Assembly: GCA_964360965.1 (NCBI GenBank)
Contig: CAYHYM010000008.1
Span: 1-31,277 of the forward strand
Direction: 5' to 3'
From: an uncultured Gammaproteobacteria bacterium
Lineage (GTDB): Bacteria > Patescibacteriota > Microgenomatia > Daviesbacterales > UBA10151
DNA: 31,277 nucleotides
Position numbers and translations under genes: made by a program. The notes under the pieces were generated by a model. The model was given only the letters and a program-made list of their open reading frames with translations. It was not told where the DNA came from and did not search any database. Below, one piece after another: positions 24,650 to 31,277 of this stretch (position 1 is its first letter; the number at the start of each line of letters is the position of its first letter).

Positions 24650-26119
24650 TTATGTCTTCTTACCTTTCCTTTCTGGTCTTAACGTGGGGAATAATATCAC
24701 ATCTTTGATGGTGTGTTGATTAGTTAAAAGCGCTACAAATCTATCTATCCCTATTGCCCAACCGGCTGTCGGAGGCATACCATACTCCAACGCTCTTATA
24801 TAATCTTCATCTAAAACTTGATGTTCCTCTAGCCCCCTTTTAGCTAGTTTCATTTGTTCCATCCATTTTCTTTTTTGGTCAATTGGATCATTTAACTCTG
24901 AATAAGAATTGGTTAATTCAAAACCAAAACACAGTAGCTGTAGACTTTCTGAAATTCTGGGATTGTCAGTTCTTGTTTTTGCCAATGGCTTCATATCAGC
25001 AGGATAATCTAAAACATGAGTGGGCTGTATGAGAGTATGTCTGGCTACTTTTTTATAGAGCTCATCACATAAGGGCCCATATCCTACCACCCCTTTTAGA
25101 TCCAGCTTAATCTTTTTCTCTTTCATGGCTTTTAATAACTCCTCCTCTGTTTGACATTGATTTAAATCTATTCCACATGTTTGTTTTACCAAATCGGTAA
25201 AAGTTATTCTTTTAAAGGGGGGCTTAAAATTAATTTTTGTTCCCTGATATTCAATTTCATATTTTCCATGAACTTCCTTAACAATTAAGGAGACAAATTC
25301 TTCGGTAAAGGGAATGAGGTCATTATAATCAGCATAAGCCCAATAAAACTCAATCATGGTAAACTCCGGATTGTGCTGTCTGTCTATCCCCTCATTTCTA
25401 AAGTCTTTACAAATTTCAAAAACTTTCTCATAACCTCCAACAATCAGTCTTTTTAAATACAGTTCATCCGCAATTCTCAAGTACAATTTAATCCCCAAAG
25501 CATTATGGTGTGTAGTGAATGGTTTGGCCGTCGCCCCTCCATATATTGGTTGCAAAGTAGGAGTTTCTACCTCTACAAATCCTTTATCCTGCATAAATTC
25601 CCTGATTAATCTGATTGTCTTATGACGAATTTCAAAAACCCTTTTTACCTCAGGATTAATAATTAAATCAACATATCGCAGTCTTACTCTTTCCTCTACA
25701 TCATCCAGTCCATACCAGGAGGAGGGCAGAGGTCGCAAAGATTTGGTAAGAAGGGTAAAGTCTAAAACATCAACTGTGATCTCCCCTGCTTGCGTCCTGA
25801 TCACATTGCCTGAAACTTGCAAAAAATCTCCAATGTCAAAATTGGGAAGTAAATCATACTTTTCACCCTTAAGTGAGTCTTGTCTAAAAAGCAGTTGAAT
25901 CTTGCCTGTTGCATCTTCTACATTGGCAAAAGTGATTTTGCCGTGAGGGCGCAGAGACCTTAATCTACCGGCAACTACTACCTTTTTGCCCATTAACTTA
26001 CGTGCCCGATCAATACCGATTCTTGAAGGCTTGGCGTAGGAGGGATATGGATTAATCCTCAACCTCTCTATATTTTTTAACTTTTTTAATCTTTCCTTCT
26101 GCAGATCACGTAGCGCCAT
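24650..26119 (-). CDS. lysS: Lysyl-tRNA synthetase, class II
   Basis: N-terminal OB anticodon-binding domain (VVVAGRLRSLRPHGKITFANVEDATGKIQL). Class II motifs (FVEVETPTLQ, FRNEGID..HNPEFTMIEFY, GIDRFVALL). Confidence 0.95.
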   Translation of the reverse strand: MALRDLQKERLKKLKNIERLRINPYPSYAKPSRIGIDRARKLMGKKVVVAGRLRSLRPHGKITFANVEDATGKIQLLFRQDSLKGEKYDLLPNFDIGDFLQVSGNVIRTQAGEITVDVLDFTLLTKSLRPLPSSWYGLDDVEERVRLRYVDLIINPEVKRVFEIRHKTIRLIREFMQDKGFVEVETPTLQPIYGGATAKPFTTHHNALGIKLYLRIADELYLKRLIVGGYEKVFEICKDFRNEGIDRQHNPEFTMIEFYWAYADYNDLIPFTEEFVSLIVKEVHGKYEIEYQGTKINFKPPFKRITFTDLVKQTCGIDLNQCQTEEELLKAMKEKKIKLDLKGVVGYGPLCDELYKKVARHTLIQPTHVLDYPADMKPLAKTRTDNPRISESLQLLCFGFELTNSYSELNDPIDQKRKWMEQMKLAKRGLEEHQVLDEDYIRALEYGMPPTAGWAIGIDRFVALLTNQHTIKDVILFPTLRPERKGKKT

Positions 26120-26125
26120 GGGTAA

Positions 26126-26154
26126 AGTATACCTGGAGAGTTAAGTTTTGACAA
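26126..26154 (-). promoter_or_regulatory. Sigma70-type promoter TTGTCA-N17-TATACT, 6 nt upstream of the lysS ATG
   Basis: On the reverse complement, ttgtca is at 26154-26149 and tatact at 26131-26126, then ttaccc and the ATG (26119). No SD sequence. Confidence 0.5.
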
Positions 26155-26160
26155 TTAGAT

Positions 26161-27408
26161 TTAAGCAGTATCGGCTATTTGATCTAATCTAGTTTTCATC
26201 TGAGCTAGTGTACATGGAGTGTTATATAAAAAGGTGACTGCTGCTGCCCTTTTTTCATCTGTATCTAGTCTTTTACTTATTTCATGTAAGTAAAGTCCAC
26301 CTCTAGCATATGAGTTGTAATAAGCGCGATAGCGGGGATCATCTCTTCTTAAAGAAATTAAATCAGGAATTACTTCATTAGGTTCACTGAGTAAATCACG
26401 CTTAATATGTTGGTAAATCCAACCGTCACTGATCCCCTCGCTATTAGCCAATATTACTACATCGTTATTTAAAATAAGATCGCGCAGAAAATTGTATTCT
26501 ACGGCAAATCTTCCATGATCACCTAACCTATTATAAAGTTGAGGTAACATAAAAGCTATAGCTTGGGCTAGACCTTCCATTGGAGCATTCTCCACCCCTG
26601 GAATAGTGGTCACTCCCCAATGCGAAGCTAAATTACCTGCTCTAATATTTCTTCTATAAACTATGTTTTGAAGCGCGTGAACCGCTAACTCATGTACCCC
26701 TGTAACTATAATTATTCCTGGATAATAACGGAATCTATTTCTTTCGTGAAGATTTATCTCGTGTATAAACCTATCGGGACCACCGATAACCCTACTAATA
26801 AATGGTCTATCCTCCGTTACTATAGTAGTATCAAAATCTAAAGTCAGATCTGTGTCACCGATTACATCCAAAACCATGGGAATTAATTCTTCTCTCATGA
26901 AGTGTAAAGTTCCTACTATCTCTTTTAATGAAGGGGGGTGGTCTTCCACAAATTGACGCCAGCTATTTTCATTGTATCTACTGCCGGGCATCAAATCATG
27001 AAATCTATCTACTACCAAATTACGTTGCCTAATCAGAACGTCTGATGGGATTAAATCTGGTACCTCTCCTACTATCCTGGATAGATACTCACCAATAGGA
27101 ATCCTCTCTCCTTCTCCCGCCCTTGAGTAAGTCCATAACCCATCAGCTCTTGCTACCAGCACCCTACCTTCTTCTATATCTTGAGGGACCCTAGCTCTAA
27201 AATATCTAAGCCAAGCGCTTATATCTGCTTGTTCGTTAAAAGGGTTACGCTCATTTCTAATATCCAAATCTACAAATTGAGAATCGACTAAACTTCCCCC
27301 AAGCCCCCTAGTATCTCTAAAATCTTGCCAGCTTCTGATATTACGGACAAATTCCTCATTTAAGGCAGGATCTACATGAGTGTCTGTTTCAGCCATTATT
27401 GTTGCCAT
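26161..27408 (-). CDS. Hypothetical cytoplasmic protein with an HExxxH (HELAVH) zincin-like motif
   Basis: 415 aa, no signal peptide. VTGVHELAVHALQ (26677-26694) is followed ~35 aa later by PMEGLAQA, a gluzincin-like arrangement with M49/DUF885-like spacing. The family assignment is tentative. Confidence 0.6.
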   Translation of the reverse strand: MATIMAETDTHVDPALNEEFVRNIRSWQDFRDTRGLGGSLVDSQFVDLDIRNERNPFNEQADISAWLRYFRARVPQDIEEGRVLVARADGLWTYSRAGEGERIPIGEYLSRIVGEVPDLIPSDVLIRQRNLVVDRFHDLMPGSRYNENSWRQFVEDHPPSLKEIVGTLHFMREELIPMVLDVIGDTDLTLDFDTTIVTEDRPFISRVIGGPDRFIHEINLHERNRFRYYPGIIIVTGVHELAVHALQNIVYRRNIRAGNLASHWGVTTIPGVENAPMEGLAQAIAFMLPQLYNRLGDHGRFAVEYNFLRDLILNNDVVILANSEGISDGWIYQHIKRDLLSEPNEVIPDLISLRRDDPRYRAYYNSYARGGLYLHEISKRLDTDEKRAAAVTFLYNTPCTLAQMKTRLDQIADTA

Positions 27409-27425
27409 GTTCGGGATATTCTAAC

Positions 27426-28769
27426 CTACCTTGAAAATCTTTGCAACTCTTCTATATTACCATACTTATTTATGAAAGCCTCTGCATCCTCTCTAGTCCC
27501 CTGATAAAGCATCCTCTCTAAAATTGAGGCTAGTTCATCTAGTGACATGAACATCTTGGTAAAATTAGGCCACGACAACCCACCTGATTCTTTTAAGGCT
27601 CCACTTTCTAAAAGAAAATTCAAAAATATTGATCCTCCAATAATGTAGTGAATTCTAGATAAATTTTTCGAGTCTTCTAGCACCAGGTAGAAACATCTAG
27701 ACATAAAAGCTAGCATGAGTGACTCTAACTGTTTAGTAGTCATAATGTCTTTTAAAAGCAGCGACCCACAAACTTTTATTCCCATCACCGAGGCAGACAG
27801 TTCATCAATGATAGGAAATAGATCTTTTAAATTTCTTTCGGAATTTCTATAGCGTAAATAAGTATGGGCAAGTTCGTGTAAGATTACTACATACAAGTTA
27901 CCCTTTTCTAAGTCAGTATTAGAGAATGTTTTTTTAAACTCAGGAGAAAATATTTTATTAAAGATAGGTAAAATCTCATCTCTTACTCTAATTTGATTCA
28001 TCTGGTTAAAAACACTAATTTCTGAGCCATATTTTTCCATCAAGTTGGGGTCATTGGGTAAATTAATACCTATAGGCAGCGTTCTTGCTAGTCTACCTGT
28101 GTAAATGACGGCGTTATCTATCCTGCCTTGAACTTTATCGTAATAGTCAACTTTTTCTGAAGGCATCATCACCTTTCTTCTAGACCCTAAAATGACTGGT
28201 TTATATTTATTGAAACGGGCAGTATCTTTCCTGTCCATCACCCCTACCCAAGATTGATAGGAAGTTTTAATAAAAAATAGTCTATCTTCATATCGCTCCA
28301 CTGGCCCGATTAAAAAGTTAAATAGATAGGGTTTCATGCTCATCCAATAAATTGCCGCCTCATCATAGTTTCCTTGTAGCAAGGCTCTGGCTTGAAAATC
28401 TAATCTTTTGGCAAATTCTTTATTTTGAGTGATTTTAGCAGCCTCTAAGATTTTTTGAGCAACGGGCTTGAGTAGTTTGGCATATTTTATATGATAGGGA
28501 ATAGCTACTAACTTACCACTTTTTCTCTCCACAACTGTGTAAGGAGAAAGGATCTCGGGATTATTTGTGGCAGCCCTTTCTATTTCTTCTTTAGTAATAT
28601 CATGGGGGTAGAAATTTGATCCCGGAAATTTTCTATTCTCCTGCTGCAGATAAATTGGCACTATTAATTTGGCAGCTTGAACTAAAAGATTTAGCACCTT
28701 TTTCTCTTTTGGGGTTAAAGCTGGCAGCTTGGGTTTAAATTCTAAAATAGGTTTCTTGTTACTATCCAT
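27426..28769 (-). CDS. Hypothetical zincin metallopeptidase-like protein (HELAH), possibly M49/DPP III-related
   Basis: 447 aa, no signal peptide. VVILHELAHTYL (27864-27878) is followed by IIDELSAS. The N-terminal pattern (LTPKEKKVLNLLVQAAKLI..IYLQQ..GSNFYPHDITKEEIE) resembles bacterial M49-like proteins as I remember them. The start overlaps the greA stop (TAATG). Confidence 0.6.
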   Translation of the reverse strand: MDSNKKPILEFKPKLPALTPKEKKVLNLLVQAAKLIVPIYLQQENRKFPGSNFYPHDITKEEIERAATNNPEILSPYTVVERKSGKLVAIPYHIKYAKLLKPVAQKILEAAKITQNKEFAKRLDFQARALLQGNYDEAAIYWMSMKPYLFNFLIGPVERYEDRLFFIKTSYQSWVGVMDRKDTARFNKYKPVILGSRRKVMMPSEKVDYYDKVQGRIDNAVIYTGRLARTLPIGINLPNDPNLMEKYGSEISVFNQMNQIRVRDEILPIFNKIFSPEFKKTFSNTDLEKGNLYVVILHELAHTYLRYRNSERNLKDLFPIIDELSASVMGIKVCGSLLLKDIMTTKQLESLMLAFMSRCFYLVLEDSKNLSRIHYIIGGSIFLNFLLESGALKESGGLSWPNFTKMFMSLDELASILERMLYQGTREDAEAFINKYGNIEELQRFSR

Positions 28770-29251
28770 TATTTTATCTCCAAAACTTTACACCTATATC
28801 TGACAATAGGGGTGGTCACTTCTACACTCTCACCTGTTTTGGCTCCAAGAAGAGCCTGTCCCAAAGGACTTTCATTGGAAATTCTTTTTTTAGAAGGATC
28901 AGCCTCCACCCTTCCCACAATGGTAAACTCATCAATTTCTCCATCCATCTCTACTGCCACTGTTGAACCGATGATTACAAAATCGCTTTTGGTGCTACTG
29001 ACAGAGATAACTTTAGCACTTTTGAGGATTTTTTCCAGTTCAACAATACGATTTTCCATCAGGGCTTGCTCATCCATAGCAGCATCATATTCTGAATTTT
29101 CTGTCACATCACCAAATTCTCGCGCCTGCTGTATTCTGGCTGTCACCTCAGCTCTTTTAACCTTTTTTGAATACTCAAGCTCATCTTTGGCCTCTTTCAA
29201 ACCTTTCTCGGTTACAAAAATACTGATATTTTTTACTGCCATCCTTTTCAT
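28769..29251 (-). CDS. greA: Transcription elongation factor GreA
   Basis: Coiled-coil N-domain (AREFGDVTENSEYDAAMDEQALMENRIVELE) and C-terminal FKBP-like domain. The start is uncertain: ATG at 29251 or 29242, against the track TTG at 29275. Confidence 0.9.
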   Translation of the reverse strand: MKRMAVKNISIFVTEKGLKEAKDELEYSKKVKRAEVTARIQQAREFGDVTENSEYDAAMDEQALMENRIVELEKILKSAKVISVSSTKSDFVIIGSTVAVEMDGEIDEFTIVGRVEADPSKKRISNESPLGQALLGAKTGESVEVTTPIVRYRCKVLEIK

Positions 29252-29296
29252 AATAGGGGCAAATTTATAACGCAATTCTAACGATCAAAACAGACA

Positions 29297-29326
29297 TTGT
29301 CAATTATATCCAATAAATTGTATAAT
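29297..29326 (+). promoter_or_regulatory. Sigma70-type promoter TTGTCA-N18-TATAAT driving tRNA-Glu
   Basis: ttgtca at 29297-29302 and tataat at 29321-29326. The tRNA 5' end (29335) lies 8 nt after the -10 element. Confidence 0.6.
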
Positions 29327-29334
29327 TTAGTTGC

Positions 29335-29407
29335 GGCTCTGTCGTCTAGAGGCCTAGGACACAGGCTTCTCAAGTCTGGAACACGGGTTCGATTCCCGTC
29401 AGAGCTA
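29335..29407 (+). tRNA. tRNA-Glu (anticodon CUC), CCA not encoded
   Basis: Folded by hand. Acceptor ggctctg/cagagct (G1-U72 wobble), D-arm gtct/ggac with the Glu-typical TCGTCTAGAGGCCTAGGACAC. Anticodon stem caggc/gtctg with loop ttCTCaa, T-arm acggg-ttcgatt-cccgt, discriminator A. Confidence 0.9.
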
Positions 29408-29411
29408 CTTT

Positions 29412-29819
29412 ATGCAAAATAAAATACTTCTTATAGAAGATGAACAATTTATCAGGGAGCTTTATGAAAGGCAACTTATCAAAGCCGGTTTTTTGGTCAA
29501 GGCCTTACCTGATGGCAAAAGTGGACTGGAGGCGCTCAAAAATGAAACTTTTGATCTGCTGCTTTTGGATATCATGCTACCTGAAATGAACGGGTTGGAG
29601 ATTTTAAAAGAATATAAAACCCAGCACACAGATTCACAGATGAAGGTGGTACTTTTAACCAACTTGGGACAGGAAACAATCATCAAAGAGGGATTTGAGC
29701 TGGGAGCCCATGCTTATTTAATTAAGGCCCAATATACCCCAGATCAGGTAGTTACAGAAGTCAAAAATATCCTGTCCGGCGGCCAACCAGCTACTGCAAC
29801 TTCCACACCAAGCCAGTAA
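29412..29819 (+). CDS. Stand-alone response-regulator receiver domain (CheY-like)
   Basis: ILLIEDE (acidic pocket), LLLLDIMLPEMNG (phospho-acceptor Asp), VVLLTNLG (Thr) and AYLIKA (Lys). No output domain and no kinase gene in the window. Confidence 0.85.
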   Translation: MQNKILLIEDEQFIRELYERQLIKAGFLVKALPDGKSGLEALKNETFDLLLLDIMLPEMNGLEILKEYKTQHTDSQMKVVLLTNLGQETIIKEGFELGAHAYLIKAQYTPDQVVTEVKNILSGGQPATATSTPSQ

Positions 29820-29844
29820 ATATGCTTAATTAGTCAGAAAATTA

Positions 29845-31277
29845 TTATTTTAAAAATGGTACCAGTAATAATGCCACTATATTGACCACTTTGATCATAG
29901 GATTAATGGCCGGACCTGCAGTATCCTTATATGGATCACCCACCGTATCTCCTGTCACTGCAGCTTTGTGAGCCTCAGAACCTTTACCACCAAATTTACC
30001 AAATTCAATATATTTTTTGGCATTATCCCAAGCAGCCCCTCCTGTGGTCATGGAAATGGCCACAAATATCCCTGTCACAATTGATCCCACCAGCATCCCC
30101 CCCAAAGCCACCGGCCCCAGCAAAAACCCCATCAAAACCGGAGCCAAAACAGGAATAAGCGCAGGAACAAACATCTCTTTTTGGGCTGAGGCTGTCACAA
30201 TCTCCACACATTTGGCATAATCCGGCTTTGCAGTGCCTTCCATTATCCCCTTAATAGTTTTAAACTGGCGCCTAACCTCCTCCACCACAGCCCCCCCAGT
30301 CCTTCCCACAGCCTCTAAGGCAAAAGAGGAAAAAAGATAAGGCAGCGACCCTCCAATAAAAAGTCCCACCAAAACTCTGGGGTCAGACAAACTAAATTGT
30401 AGATTCATGCCCAAGGCTGCAAATTCCTCTGTAAAACTGGCAAAAAGAACCAAGGCTGCCAGTCCTGCTGAGGCTATGGCATAACCTTTGGTCACTGCTT
30501 TGGTGGTATTGCCAACCGCATCCAAATGATCTGTCACAGCACGCACCTTGGGTTCTAGATTGGCCATCTGGGCTATCCCTCCCGCATTATCGGTGATTGG
30601 CCCAAAAGCATCAATTGCCACCACCATGGCAGCCAAAGACAACATGGCTGTGGCAGTAACAGCCACACCATAAAGACCTGCCATAGAAAAACTAAAAAGC
30701 ACAGCAGAAGAGATTAAGATTACCGGTAAAAAGGTAGATTTTAAAGAATTGGCCAAACCGGAAATAATATTGGTGGCATGGCCTGTAATTGAAGATTTGG
30801 CAATATCTTTTACAGGAGAATATCCAGTACCTGTATAATATTCTGTGATAATTACCATGACGGCTGTTGTCAAAATCCCCACCAAAGATGCCAGATATAA
30901 ATTAAACACCCCAAATAAAGGATTATCTGCCATTAAAATCATGGTCACAGGATAAAAAAGAATGGCGCAAAAAATAACTGTTGCTGCCAAACCTTTATAC
31001 AGCGCTCCCATAATATTTTTATCCTCAAGTCTTACAAAAAGGCTGCCCAATAAAGAGGCAAAAATAGCCACAGATAAAATTACCAAAGGAAAAACTGTCA
31101 CCTGCGGAAAAGTTGGCAGAAGAAGCTGTCCCAAAATCATAGCAGCTATAGCTGTCACCACATATGTTTCAAAAATATCTGCTGCCATGCCCGCATCATC
31201 ACCCACATTATCCCCCACATTATCGGCAATCACAGCCGGGTTTCTAGGATCATCCTCAGGAATTCCCGCCTCCAGCT
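29845..31277 (-). CDS. hppA: Membrane-bound H+-translocating pyrophosphatase, 5' end runs off the window
   Basis: The frame stays open to the window edge: ..[38 protein letters not shown]... Later [22 protein letters not shown] and [18 protein letters not shown]. The track start at 31233 is an internal GTG. Confidence 0.93.
   Translation of the reverse strand, partial: LEAGIPEDDPRNPAVIADNVGDNVGDDAGMAADIFETYVVTAIAAMILGQLLLPTFPQVTVFPLVILSVAIFASLLGSLFVRLEDKNIMGALYKGLAATVIFCAILFYPVTMILMADNPLFGVFNLYLASLVGILTTAVMVIITEYYTGTGYSPVKDIAKSSITGHATNIISGLANSLKSTFLPVILISSAVLFSFSMAGLYGVAVTATAMLSLAAMVVAIDAFGPITDNAGGIAQMANLEPKVRAVTDHLDAVGNTTKAVTKGYAIASAGLAALVLFASFTEEFAALGMNLQFSLSDPRVLVGLFIGGSLPYLFSSFALEAVGRTGGAVVEEVRRQFKTIKGIMEGTAKPDYAKCVEIVTASAQKEMFVPALIPVLAPVLMGFLLGPVALGGMLVGSIVTGIFVAISMTTGGAAWDNAKKYIEFGKFGGKGSEAHKAAVTGDTVGDPYKDTAGPAINPMIKVVNIVALLLVPFLK

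Noticed and set aside
26120-28771. Looked for mobile-element hallmarks (integrase, transposase, flanking direct or inverted repeats, tRNA attachment) around the CTAG-rich island
   Set aside because: None were seen. The tRNA-Glu lies beyond greA and not at the island edge, and the island edges coincide with gene boundaries without repeats. I therefore report it only as a compositional anomaly and not as a mobile element.
28812-29270. 152-aa + strand ORF
   Set aside because: It is antisense to greA. The Ser/Leu/Thr-rich translation is typical of the reverse frame of a Glu/Lys-rich gene.
29931-30220. Three short ORFs on both strands (75, 67 and 62 aa) inside the pyrophosphatase gene
   Set aside because: They are alternative frames of a Gly/Ala-rich, locally GC-richer membrane-protein coding region. 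The hppA frame has unmistakable conserved motifs.

Overview
AT-rich, very gene-dense bacterial chromosomal segment with almost no intergenic DNA and many ATGA/TAATG start-stop overlaps. The gene content (several GT-C/GT39 membrane glycosyltransferases, a half-length TsaB, Pro/Thr-rich surface proteins, an H+-PPase) suggests a small-genome Patescibacteria/CPR-type organism; this is inference only. Left to right: (1) an envelope-glycan module with two GT2 polyprenyl-phosphate-sugar-synthase-like genes, a polytopic membrane protein, an extended-SDR sugar-nucleotide enzyme, a sugar-1-P nucleotidyltransferase and a 19-codon relic of an rfbB-type dehydratase; (2) a CAP-domain protein and a short TsaB-like gene; (3) a + strand run prfB, hypothetical, ftsE, ftsX, coiled-coil M23 peptidase, FN3/PT-linker surface protein, tsaE; (4) a - strand run of secA followed by four translationally coupled GT-C glycosyltransferases; (5) a Pro-rich membrane protein, serS, two HD phosphohydrolases, lysS, two uncharacterised zincin-like genes and greA; (6) tRNA-Glu(CUC) abutting an orphan receiver-domain gene; (7) a partial K+-independent-type H+-pyrophosphatase. 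I saw no CRISPR array, transposase, integrase or rRNA. TGA, TAA and TAG all terminate ORFs and RF2 is present, so the standard bacterial code applies. Most notable: an apparently circularly permuted M23 catalytic domain in the FtsEX-adjacent hydrolase; a CTAG-rich two-gene island of zincin-like proteins (HELAH / HELAVH) between greA and lysS; GC-rich in-frame insertions in secA and an HD gene; a recurrent TATAAT-N8-start layout implying leaderless transcripts; a tRNA-mRNA fusion; and a secA-coupled GT-C array that may be a protein O-glycosylation system.
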